DNA of 59,960 bases, counting the filler. It is 5 parts of 5 records of this genome, joined end to end, with 100 filler letters (N's around TTAATTAATTAA, not from the genome) between each part and the next. Parts side by side here need not be neighbours in the genome. Positions count along the whole stretch, not along the records: positions 33,639 to 40,536 come from SRR2962707_2342; positions 40,637 to 59,960 come from SRR2962707_2343; 3 more parts are not named here. One strand, written 5' to 3'. Positions 39,309 to 48,703 of the stretch are shown in pieces. The position numbers and the translations under genes were made by a program. A model generated the notes under the pieces. The model made no database searches. It worked only from the letters and a program-made list of their open reading frames with translations, and was not told the DNA's origin. Position 1 is the stretch's first letter, and the number at the start of each line of letters is the position of its first letter.

Positions 39309-40536
39309 TTAGAATTTAGGGCCACCGCCACCCATCATTCCTGGCGGTAACATGCCTTTCATGCCACGCATCATTTTCATCATGCCGCCTTTGCCTTTCA
39401 TTTTTTTCATCATCTTTTGCATTTGCGTAAACTGTTTTAGCAATTTATTGATCTCTTGTACTTGCGTACCAGAGCCCGCTGCAATACGTTTTTTACGCGA
39501 GCCTTTAATGATCTCTGGACGCGCACGTTCTTTTTTAGTCATTGAACTGATGATTGCTTCCATTTGGATAAAGGTTTTATCACCCATTTGTCCTTTTACT
39601 GCATCAGGCAAGTTGGCCATGCCCGGCAGTTTATCGAGCATTGACATCATGCCGCCCATATTTTTCATTTGCTTTAGCTGCTCTGCAAAATCATCTAGGG
39701 TAAAACCATCACCTTTAAATACTTTTTCAGCAACTTTGGCAGCTTGCTCTTTATCGACTTTCATCTCGACTTCTTCGATTAATGAAAGTACATCACCCAT
39801 ACCTAAAATGCGCGATGCGATACGATCAGGGTGGAAAGGTTCCAGCGCATCTGTGCGCTCCCCTACACCCATAAACTTAATTGGTTTGCCGGTAATATGA
39901 CGAATAGATAAAGCGGCACCACCACGGGCATCACCATCTGTTTTCGTAAGTATCACACCGGTTAGCGGTAAAGCTTCATCAAACGCTTTTGCAGTATTGG
40001 CCGCATCTTGACCTGTCATAGCATCAACTACAAATAAGGTTTCGATTGGGTTGATTGCATGATGCAGGTTTTTAATTTCGTCCATCATGTCACTATCAAC
40101 ATGCAAACGACCGGCGGTATCAACAAGCACTACATCAATAAATTTCTTTTTGGCATGAGAAATAGCCGCCGTTGCAATATCAACTGGCTGTTGTGAAATA
40201 TCACTTGGGAAAAATTCAACGCCTACTTCATCTGCTAGTGTCTCTAACTGTTTGATCGCCGCAGGACGGTAAACGTCGGCACTGACCACTAACACTGATT
40301 TCTTTTTACGTTCTTTTAAGAATTTAGCAAGTTTAGCAACACTGGTGGTTTTACCCGCACCTTGTAGGCCCGCCATCATCACCACGGCTGGCGGTTGTGC
40401 GTTTAGGCTCAGCTCTTCGTTAGCTTCACCCATGGCTTTTTCTAGTTCTTCGCGAACGATTTTTATGAACACTTGCCCTGGGCTTAGGCTTTTGGTGACT
40501 TCAATGCCTACCGCGCGCTCTTTAACTTGTTTAACA
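39309..40536 (-). CDS. ffh: Signal recognition particle protein Ffh (5' truncated by contig end)
   Basis: GLQGAGKTT, DTAGR, TKTDGDARGGAALS and the Met-rich M domain. Confidence 0.97.
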
Positions 40537-40636
40537 NNNNNNNNNNNNNNNNNNNNNNNNNNNNNNNNNNNNNNNNNNNNTTAATTAATTAANNNNNNNN
40601 NNNNNNNNNNNNNNNNNNNNNNNNNNNNNNNNNNNN
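40537..40636. other. Artificial contig spacer
   Basis: N44-TTAATTAATTAA-N44. Confidence 0.98.
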
Positions 40637-41313
40637 GGAAGAGAGTTTCCAGATTTAATTTTAATTTTTCTAGTGCGTAATGTTCGCTCGTTTAAAGTAG
40701 TAGAACCTTCTGGAAAATTAATATCTGAAAGTGGAACATAAAATATAGATGTACTTACTTCTGCGCCTTCTACATGAGTTGAGTTGTTTATATAAAACGG
40801 ATTTTCTTCAGTTTTTAATTTATCAAAAAGCTCTAATTTTTCAGCATATTTATTTCCGTTACAAAGCGAGCCATTATCTAAAAAATCGAAAGTAATTAAC
40901 TTAAGAGTATCACTACTAGATAAATTTACCGCATAATGAACAATTCCATTAAATTCTGCATAAGATGTAGCATAAGGAACCGTTACAAGCTTTTCCTCAT
41001 CCTCATCCTCCATACTATAACTACTTACATCCATTCCTTTACCACTTACAATACTTAAAATTGCTGGACGATTTTCATGACTATGTACGGGTATTTTACC
41101 TCCTGGAACAACATCTAAACGTCTCAATCGTAAACCTCTACATTCTATGGGTTTATTACCTTCAGGGATAACAATATCTGACACTTTTAGGGTTTTAAGA
41201 ACTTCAGAAGTAACACCTAATGGGGTATTCTCTATTTGTGCGCTAGCAGATGTAATTATTAATACTGCAACAAAAAATGTTAGAATTAAATCTTTTAACT
41301 TTGAAGTTTCCAT
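40637..41313 (-). CDS. Secreted cupin-domain protein, probably a tandem bicupin (3' truncated)
   Basis: Signal peptide ending ASAQ; cupin motifs PGGKIPVHSHENRP and GIVHYAVN; a second repeat starts near the truncation. Confidence 0.65.
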
Positions 41314-41697
41314 GTGCTTACTTTTTTAATGGGTGTAAATACTTTACGCTTTCTTATACTATTAATTCTTTAATATTTTAAAATGGGGTGAAAGCAGAGT
41401 TATCTATTTTTTAAACTCAAGAAAATCTACGAAAATAATTTCAATAAGAATCATTATTTTCTACTAATATCATATAATTACGATGAATCGTCTATTTTAT
41501 CCTTTGTACTGCATCTTAGTAACAATTATATTATCAATCAAAGAATATAAAAGTTGAAGGTATACGTTACATTAATTGTTCTTAATAGTCACAAATACTA
41601 TTGTTCAAAGTAATTTCACTATTCCATCACCTTTTAAAGTTTTATACACAATAAGTTAGCATCTCTTTAAAGTTGTAAAAAATTAACTTATTTATTA

Positions 41698-41725
41698 TTT
41701 GTATTAAAGAAATAGCTTATATTTG
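41698..41725 (+). promoter_or_regulatory. Bacteroidota housekeeping promoter (-33 TTTG / -7 TAnnTTTG) for rpsP
   Basis: TTTG at 41698-41701 and TATATTTG at 41718-41725. Confidence 0.7.
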
Positions 41726-41730
41726 CACCC

Positions 41731-41790
41731 GCTTAAGCCATAAGGCAAGCAAATTATTATTAATAATAGGGGTCGAGAACCCCGCTAATT
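41731..41790 (+). ncRNA. Structured rpsP 5' leader, candidate S16 ribosomal-protein leader
   Basis: Hairpins gctt-aa-gcc/ggc-aagc (41731-41750) and ggggt-cgaga-acccc (41769-41783) in an otherwise very AT-rich UTR. Assignment to a known leader family was not checked. Confidence 0.45.
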
Positions 41791-41798
41791 AATGGATT

Positions 41799-42356
41799 AT
41801 GCCAGTAAAAATTAGATTACAAAGACACGGTAAAAAAGGAAAACCTTTTTATTGGGTAGTAGCGGCAGATGCTCGCGCAAAAAGAGACGGTAAATTTCTT
41901 GAAAAATTAGGAACTTACAATCCAAACACAAATCCAGCTCAAATAGACTTAGATGTTGATGGTTCTGTAAAGTGGCTTCAGAATGGTGCACAACCTACTG
42001 ATACTGCAAAAAGAATTTTATCTTACAAAGGAGTTTTATTGAAACACCACTTATTAGGAGGTGTAGCAAAAGGAGCTTTAACTGAAGAAGAAGCTCAAAA
42101 GAAATTTGAAGCTTGGGTTGAAGAGAAAACTGGAAAAGTTGATGCTAAAAAAGGAGATTTAGAAAAAGCTAAAGAAGAAGCTAAAGCTAAAGCTTTTGAA
42201 GCAGAAAAAGAAATTAATGAGAAGCGTATTGCAGCAGCAGCAGAAGCAGAAGCTCCAGCTGAAGAAGAAGTAGCTGAAGAAGCTGCTCCAGAAGCAGAGG
42301 CACAAGCTGAAGAGCCTGCAGCAGAAGCAGAAGAAGAAAACAAAGCAGACGCTTAA
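41799..42356 (+). CDS. rpsP: 30S ribosomal protein S16 with Bacteroidota-type Ala/Glu-rich C-terminal extension
   Basis: MPVKIRLQRHGKKGKPFYWVVAADAR...GAQPTDT. Confidence 0.97.
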   Translation: MPVKIRLQRHGKKGKPFYWVVAADARAKRDGKFLEKLGTYNPNTNPAQIDLDVDGSVKWLQNGAQPTDTAKRILSYKGVLLKHHLLGGVAKGALTEEEAQKKFEAWVEEKTGKVDAKKGDLEKAKEEAKAKAFEAEKEINEKRIAAAAEAEAPAEEEVAEEAAPEAEAQAEEPAAEAEEENKADA

Positions 42357-42368
42357 TATATTATTTTC

Positions 42369-42893
42369 ATGAGAAAAGAAGAATGCTTCTATCTCGGCAA
42401 AATAGTTAAAAAGTACGGCTTTAAGGGCGAGGTATTAGCAAAGCTTGATACCGACGAACCTAAACTCTACGAAAATTTGGAATCAGTATTTATTGCCCAT
42501 GGCAATAATCTGGTTCCTTTTTTTATAGAAAAATCTTCCCTTCATAAGTCGCAATTATTAAGAATGCGATTAGAAGATGTAGACACAGAAGCCGAAGCTG
42601 ATGCTATTTTAAAGAGTGAACTCTATTTACCTTTAGCGTTTTTACCAAAATTATCTGGAAATCAATTTTATTTCCATGAAATTATTGGTTTTTCCATGAA
42701 GGATAGCAATTATGGAGTAGTTGGAACTATTGTTTCTGTAAACGATAATACTGCTCAAGCACTATTTGAAGTAGAGAACAATGGCAAACAAATTTTAATT
42801 CCGATGAACGATGAGTTTATCGAAAAAGTAGATCGCGAGAATAAACAAATAATTGTAAACACTCCAGAAGGACTTATAGATTTATATTTATAA
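42369..42893 (+). CDS. rimM: Ribosome maturation factor RimM
   Basis: LGKIVKKYGFKGEV, QFYFHEIIG and PEGLIDLYL; follows rpsP. Confidence 0.95.
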   Translation: MRKEECFYLGKIVKKYGFKGEVLAKLDTDEPKLYENLESVFIAHGNNLVPFFIEKSSLHKSQLLRMRLEDVDTEAEADAILKSELYLPLAFLPKLSGNQFYFHEIIGFSMKDSNYGVVGTIVSVNDNTAQALFEVENNGKQILIPMNDEFIEKVDRENKQIIVNTPEGLIDLYL

Positions 42894-42931
42894 GTTGCTA
42901 CTAATTTTGCGAGTCTCAATGTTCGTTTTAT

Positions 42932-43648
42932 ATGTCAAATAAACCATTTCAATTTAAAGAATTTACAATCCAACAAGACAGGTGTGCAATGAAAGTTGGC
43001 ACCGATGGAGTGTTGCTAGGTGCTTGGGCTTCATTAGCTCAAGGACCAAATTCTATTCTCGATATTGGAGCAGGAACAGGTTTATTAACATTAATGATGG
43101 CTCAGAGAAGCACTGCGGAATTAATAGATGCTCTTGAAATTGACGATGCTACTTACGAGCAATGTGTTGATAATTTAGAAGCTTCTCCATGGGGAGATCG
43201 TTTATTTTGCTACCATGCAGGTTTTGATGAGTTTGTTGCAGAAATAGACGACACATACGATTTGATACTTTCCAATCCGCCATTTTATACTGAAAATTAT
43301 ACAACAGAAAATGAGCAGAGAGACAAAGCTAGATTTAATTTTTCACTCCCTTTTGAAGAATTAATTTCTGGAGCTGCTAAATTATTAAGTCCAAATGGAA
43401 CATTCAATGTTATTTTACCTTATAAAGAAGAAAGTTATTTTCTTGAAATTGCCAAAGCTAACAACCTCTTCCCTTTAAGTATTACCCGTGTAAAAGGAAA
43501 CCCTACTTCAGAAATAAAAAGAACACTTTTAGAGCTTTCATTTAAAAACGTTTCATCTACTTATTCTGAATTAATCATAGAAACCGAAAGGCATGTATAC
43601 ACCCCAGAATACATAACACTTACAAAAGATTTCTATTTAAAAATGTAG
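42932..43648 (+). CDS. tRNA1(Val) (adenine37-N6)-methyltransferase (YfiC-like)
   Basis: FQFKEFTIQQDRCAMKVGTDGVLLGAW, LDIGAGTG and SNPPF. Confidence 0.92.
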   Translation: MSNKPFQFKEFTIQQDRCAMKVGTDGVLLGAWASLAQGPNSILDIGAGTGLLTLMMAQRSTAELIDALEIDDATYEQCVDNLEASPWGDRLFCYHAGFDEFVAEIDDTYDLILSNPPFYTENYTTENEQRDKARFNFSLPFEELISGAAKLLSPNGTFNVILPYKEESYFLEIAKANNLFPLSITRVKGNPTSEIKRTLLELSFKNVSSTYSELIIETERHVYTPEYITLTKDFYLKM

Positions 43649-43822
43649 GTCTAGCCTTCTATTCTTAATCAGAATTACCCACATATTAAATTACTTATTT
43701 CTTAAAATAATATGTTTTATTTTGTAGGAATGTCATATTTTTTGTAATATAGCGGGTATATTATGCAATTTATTAATTGAAACTTATAGAGATAAAATCA
43801 TTTCTATTTTTTTAAACGTATT

Positions 43823-43838
43823 GCTAAAACGTTTTAGC
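43823..43838. promoter_or_regulatory. LacI-type operator upstream of susC (site 1)
   Basis: Perfect 16-bp palindrome GCTAAAACGTTTTAGC with central CG. Confidence 0.75.
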
Positions 43839-43880
43839 TATTTGTCTTAGCTAAGTTTTAGCATTGTTTTTTCTTTAATT

Positions 43881-43896
43881 AATAAATCGTTTTAGT
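43881..43896. promoter_or_regulatory. LacI-type operator upstream of susC (site 2)
   Basis: AATAAATCGTTTTAGT, a degenerate copy of site 1 offset by 58 nt. Confidence 0.55.
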
Positions 43897-43925
43897 ATAA
43901 AATTAATTATTAACTAACTGTATTT

Positions 43926-46889
43926 ATGAAAACTAATTTATTTAAAAGGCTAGTGTTGCCAATAGCATTTATATGCTTTGGATACACACAAGCACAAACA
44001 GTTTCTGGAACTGTTTCAGATGAGAATGGTCCATTGCCTGGAGCCAATGTTTTGGTAAAAGGAACAACAAATGGGACACAAACAGATTTTGATGGAAATT
44101 ACACACTAACAGGTGTCTCAGAAGGCGCAACATTAGTTTTTAGTTATGTAAGTTTTAAATCAAAAGAAATTGCTGTAGCAGGACAAACTTCTATCGATGT
44201 TACTTTACAGCCAGATACTCAAGCACTAGATGAAGTGGTTGTTGTAGGTTATGGTACGCAAAAGAAAAAGGAAATTACTTCTGCTGTAGCATCTGTAAAA
44301 GCAGAAGACTTTAATCAAGGAGGTGTAAGGTCTCCTATGGACTTAATCCAAGGGAAAGTGGCTGGATTAAACATCACAAGAACGCAAGGTAATAATCCGA
44401 ACTCGAATGCTTCACTCCAGCTACGTGGGGTGTCTTCATTGGAAGGAGATATTTCGCCTTTAATTGTAATAGACGGTATTCCTGGTGGGGATTTAGACCT
44501 TTTACAACAAGATGATATTGCATCTATAGATGTTTTAAAGGATGGCTCAGCGGCAGCAATATACGGTACGAGAGGTAATGCAGGGGTTATTCTTATAACC
44601 ACAAAAAAGGGGAAAAGTGGTCAGACCAAAACAGAATATAACACATATATACAACAAGAGTTTGTAGATAAGAAACCTGAATACCTAACTGCATCAGAAT
44701 TTAGAGATTTAATAGCTCAAGGTGTTATATCTCAAGATCAAGATTTTGGGGCTTCTACAGATTTATATGACGAATTATTAAACAAAAGTAACTTGAGCCA
44801 GTATCACAACCTTTCTCTTTCTGGGGGAGGAGATCAAACTAGTTATAGAGCTTCATTGTTTTATAATGATGCAGAAGGAATGCCAAAAGAAAATGGACGG
44901 GAGCAATTTGGAGGGCGTTTTAGTATCAATCATAAAGGATTACAAGATTTATTAACGGTTCAGTCTAATATTGCTGCTAATTTCATCAATGCAAATTTGT
45001 TAGGTGGAACAAATCCAGATGGTACAACAAATGGAGATTTCGAACAAGCTATACAACGTAATCCAACCGCACCAATTAGAAATCCTGATGGTACTTTTTT
45101 TGAAACGCAGGCTTATAACAATTATAACCCTATGCACCGTTTAGCAGATAGAATATCTCAAAGAGAAGAAGAGGTTTTTTCAGGAGATTTAAGATTAACA
45201 CTTCAATTAGCTAAAGGTCTTAATGCGAGTGTTTTTGGATCTTATGTTCGAAATAATTACAATGAGAGACAATATCGTTCTAAAAACGATTGGGATCAAA
45301 GAGAAGCTACTCAATATCAAGGAACAGGTTACGCTAGAAAATTTAATCATTTAGATTGGAGTAAAACTTTTGAAGCAACTTTTGAATACAAAAGAACTTT
45401 TGCAGAAAATCATAATTTTGGTGCAATAGCCGGTTATAGTTATCAATACAGTACATTAGAAGAGTTTAGTGTAGATAATAGTGGTTTTACAACAGATGGA
45501 TTTCTTGACTGGAATTTGGGAGCTGGTACGGCAATTAACAATACTCAATTACCAAGACCTGGTCTAGCTAGCTTTAAAGAAGATAACACTTTAGTAGGTT
45601 TTTTCGGAAGAGTTAATTATGCATATAAAGAAAAATATTTTGCTCAATTTATATTGCGTCGTGAAGGATCATCTCGTTTTGGAGATAATCATAAGTGGGG
45701 TAACTTCCCAGCTGCTTCTGTAGGTTGGACTCTTAGCGAGGAAGGTTTTTTAAAGGGAGTAGAAGATGTTAATATGTTGAAATTAAGATTTGGATACGGA
45801 GTAACTGGTAATCAAGGGATTCCAAATTACCAATCTTTATCAACATTAAGTGATGGAGGAGTTTATCCACAGAATAGTGTTTACTATCAAACTTATGGAG
45901 CTTCAAGAAATCCTAATCCAAATTTAAAATGGGAGGAAAAACATGAAATGAATTTGGGTATTGATTATGGTTTTTTCCAAAATAGATTAAATGGTTCTAT
46001 AGATTTATATGACCGTAAAACAAAAGACCTTCTCTATAATTATACTGCACAACAACCTCCATTTGTAAGAGATGCAATTTTTACAAACGTTGGTGAGTTA
46101 GAAAATAAAGGTATTGAAGTTTTAATTTCAGGAACTCCTATTAGAAATGAAAATTTTGAATGGGGAATAGACTTAACTGGAAGTTACCAAACAAATGAGT
46201 TAACTAAATTGTCTAATGAAAACTTTCAAGCAAACTGGTTAGAGTTTGGAGGATTGCCATCTCCTGGTAATTTAGGTAATGCTATCCGTTTAGAAGAAGG
46301 AGGGTCTATTGGTAACTTCTACGGTAAACGTTACGCTGGACTTACAGATGATGGAAAGTGGCTTTTTTACAAAGCAGACGGGACAACTGGAACGGCAAGT
46401 GAAATGAACGAAAACGATTTATCTATTATCGGAAATGGAGTACCTAAGTATATGGCTTCATTAAGCAATAGATTTAAATATAAAAACTTTGATTTAACAA
46501 TATTCTTTAGAGGTAAATTTGGTTTTGATATTCTAAATACAAAAGATATGTATTTCGGGAATAAAAAATGGTTGCCTAACAACCTATTAAAAAGCGCAAT
46601 CACAAAACATAATGATATTGACGATGACCCTCAATACTCTGATTATTATATAGAAAAAGGAGACTTTGTTAAATTAGACAATGTAACATTAGGATATAAT
46701 GTGCCTGTAGAATCAAAGTATATTCAAAAGTTTAGAATATACGTTTCAGGTAGAAATTTAGCCACATTTACTGATTATAGTGGAATTGATCCAGAACTTC
46801 AAGATACTGGTTTTACAACAGGTATTGATGGAAGAGATTTTTACCCAAGAACAAAAACTTGGACACTAGGACTAAACATTGGATTCTAA
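43926..46889 (+). CDS. susC: SusC/RagA TonB-dependent outer-membrane transporter
   Basis: PLPGANVLVKGT, LDEVVVVGYGTQ, IDVLKDGSAAAIYGTRG and C-terminal LGLNIGF. Confidence 0.96.
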   Translation: MKTNLFKRLVLPIAFICFGYTQAQTVSGTVSDENGPLPGANVLVKGTTNGTQTDFDGNYTLTGVSEGATLVFSYVSFKSKEIAVAGQTSIDVTLQPDTQALDEVVVVGYGTQKKKEITSAVASVKAEDFNQGGVRSPMDLIQGKVAGLNITRTQGNNPNSNASLQLRGVSSLEGDISPLIVIDGIPGGDLDLLQQDDIASIDVLKDGSAAAIYGTRGNAGVILITTKKGKSGQTKTEYNTYIQQEFVDKKPEYLTASEFRDLIAQGVISQDQDFGASTDLYDELLNKSNLSQYHNLSLSGGGDQTSYRASLFYNDAEGMPKENGREQFGGRFSINHKGLQDLLTVQSNIAANFINANLLGGTNPDGTTNGDFEQAIQRNPTAPIRNPDGTFFETQAYNNYNPMHRLADRISQREEEVFSGDLRLTLQLAKGLNASVFGSYVRNNYNERQYRSKNDWDQREATQYQGTGYARKFNHLDWSKTFEATFEYKRTFAENHNFGAIAGYSYQYSTLEEFSVDNSGFTTDGFLDWNLGAGTAINNTQLPRPGLASFKEDNTLVGFFGRVNYAYKEKYFAQFILRREGSSRFGDNHKWGNFPAASVGWTLSEEGFLKGVEDVNMLKLRFGYGVTGNQGIPNYQSLSTLSDGGVYPQNSVYYQTYGASRNPNPNLKWEEKHEMNLGIDYGFFQNRLNGSIDLYDRKTKDLLYNYTAQQPPFVRDAIFTNVGELENKGIEVLISGTPIRNENFEWGIDLTGSYQTNELTKLSNENFQANWLEFGGLPSPGNLGNAIRLEEGGSIGNFYGKRYAGLTDDGKWLFYKADGTTGTASEMNENDLSIIGNGVPKYMASLSNRFKYKNFDLTIFFRGKFGFDILNTKDMYFGNKKWLPNNLLKSAITKHNDIDDDPQYSDYYIEKGDFVKLDNVTLGYNVPVESKYIQKFRIYVSGRNLATFTDYSGIDPELQDTGFTTGIDGRDFYPRTKTWTLGLNIGF

Positions 46890-46897
46890 AAAATAAA

Positions 46898-48529
46898 ATG
46901 ATGAAAAAAAATATAAGAAACTTAAAAAATATTTTTATCGCAGGTTCTATCCTTTTTGCAGGATCATGTACCGATCTTGATGAAAATGTATATAGCGAAC
47001 TCAATTCAGATAATTTTTACAATAACAAAACAGAAGTTCTTCAAGGAGCCCTACGACCATTCACTCATATGCAGGCATGGTTAGCTCCTACTGGACAAAG
47101 TGCTTATTATTATCATAGTGAAGCTTCTTCAGATCAAATAGCATGGCCTCAAAAGGGGCGCCATGGTTATGATGGAGGAGACCACTTTAGGCAACATTAC
47201 CATACATGGACAAGTAATGAGAGTAGAATGAGAGGTACTTGGACTCTTATGTGGACTGGTGTAGGGTATGTAAATGCTGCTATCGAAGATATTTCGGGAA
47301 TTACAGATCCTGAAAATATTGGGATGACTCAAACAGAATTACAATCTGTTTTAGCAGAACTATATGTTTTAAGAGCTTTCCATTATATAAAAATAATGGA
47401 TTTATGGGGTAATGTACCTATTATTACTAAAGTTGGTGAACCTTTAAACCCGCCAACAGCGCCAAGAACTGAAGTTTTTGAATTTATAAAAACTGAATTA
47501 GAAACTTATGTACCTCAATTACCTAAATATTCTGAAGAATTAATAGGAAGAACCACTCAAACAGCTGGTTATGCAATGCTTGCAGAACTTTATTTAAATG
47601 CTGAGGAATGGTCTGGAACTCCAATGTGGGATGAATGTATCGCAGCTTGTGATAAAATTATTGATGGTGATGCAGGTGGAATTGGTGGAACTCCTCAGTT
47701 AGCAGATGATATTCTTAAAACATTTGGAAACACAAACCAAACATCTCCAGAAAATTTATACCAAATAGCTTACAGTAGAAAAGGCGGATTTACTTTTAAC
47801 TGGGGAGGCTTCTTCTTTGGTTATGGTAATATGTCTGAAGCTTTAAATGTTGGCTATTCAGGATGGAATGCTTTTGTAGTAATTCCAAGTGCTTTTGATG
47901 CATATGATGAAACTGATTTAAGAAAAGAAGAATGGTTTTTATTCGGACCACAATATGTTTATGGTACAAATGAACCTGTTTTAGGTACAGAAGAATATAA
48001 TGGAGACCCATTAGTTTATGTAAACAGTATCCGTAGAGAGAGTGAAGGCGATATGAGCAGTGAAGGAAGTATGTCTGAAGGGGAAGAAAATAGTGGTGCT
48101 CGTTTTAACAAATATCAATCGGGAACCCTAGACGATGATAATTACTGGGAAAACCATTATGTATTATATCGTTTAACAGAAATTTACTTCAATAAAGCTG
48201 AAGCAATAATGCGTAAAAATGGTGGAACTGCTACTCAAGAAGCTGTAGACTTAATTAACGAGTCAAGAAAACGTGCTTTTTCTGATACAGATTGGCCAAG
48301 TGAAATGTATACATCTGCTACATTAACATTGGATGAATTATTAGCTGAAAGAGGAAGAGAATTTATATTTGAAGGTAAAAGAAGAACAGACCTTATTAGA
48401 TTCGGAAAATATACAGATGGAGCATGGTGGGATCATGAACCAACTGGAGATCCAAATAAAAAGATCTATCCAGTTCCAGCAAATCAAATTGCTAACAATC
48501 CTAATTTAGAACAAAACCCTGGATATTAA
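46898..48529 (+). CDS. susD: SusD/RagB glycan-binding lipoprotein
   Basis: Lipobox FAGSC; RAFHYIKIMDLWGNVP, ERGREFIFEGKRRTDLIRFG and terminal QNPGY. Start moved to the ATG at 46898 (or 46901). Confidence 0.95.
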   Translation: MMKKNIRNLKNIFIAGSILFAGSCTDLDENVYSELNSDNFYNNKTEVLQGALRPFTHMQAWLAPTGQSAYYYHSEASSDQIAWPQKGRHGYDGGDHFRQHYHTWTSNESRMRGTWTLMWTGVGYVNAAIEDISGITDPENIGMTQTELQSVLAELYVLRAFHYIKIMDLWGNVPIITKVGEPLNPPTAPRTEVFEFIKTELETYVPQLPKYSEELIGRTTQTAGYAMLAELYLNAEEWSGTPMWDECIAACDKIIDGDAGGIGGTPQLADDILKTFGNTNQTSPENLYQIAYSRKGGFTFNWGGFFFGYGNMSEALNVGYSGWNAFVVIPSAFDAYDETDLRKEEWFLFGPQYVYGTNEPVLGTEEYNGDPLVYVNSIRRESEGDMSSEGSMSEGEENSGARFNKYQSGTLDDDNYWENHYVLYRLTEIYFNKAEAIMRKNGGTATQEAVDLINESRKRAFSDTDWPSEMYTSATLTLDELLAERGREFIFEGKRRTDLIRFGKYTDGAWWDHEPTGDPNKKIYPVPANQIANNPNLEQNPGY

Positions 48530-48560
48530 AAATAATTCTTTATAATCAATTAGTTAGTTT

Positions 48561-48604
48561 GATTACTCCCGCTCTGTTTTTTTATGAGTGGGAGAATCAT
48601 TTTA
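48561..48604 (+). terminator. Stem-loop after susD (terminator or RNA-stabilising hairpin)
   Basis: gatt-a-ctcccgctc ... gagtgggag-aatc followed by tttt. Confidence 0.55.
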
Positions 48605-48657
48605 AAGAAGATTGGTTTACATTACACATTCAAAAAGAATACTTTTATATTTTAGTG

Positions 48658-48673
48658 ACTAAATCGGTTAATT
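48658..48673. promoter_or_regulatory. LacI-type operator upstream of the first GH92 (site 3)
   Basis: ACTAAATCGGTTAATT resembles sites 1 and 2. Confidence 0.45.
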
Positions 48674-48703
48674 AAATTATAAAAGAATATAATAAACCAC
48701 ACA

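Noticed and set aside
17438-40636. Repeated TTAATTAATTAA flanked by Ns as a biological repeat, CRISPR array or att site
   Set aside because: Identical 100-nt construct with stops in all six frames at each contig junction; an assembly linker.
38247-42893. Inverted duplication of rpsP-rimM
   Set aside because: The copies are on different contigs and are gammaproteobacterial versus flavobacterial types with different downstream genes.
46859-46897. SusD N-terminal extension overlapping susC
   Set aside because: The ORF-track TTG start is unlikely; the ATG at 46898/46901 gives a normal lipoprotein signal just after the susC stop.
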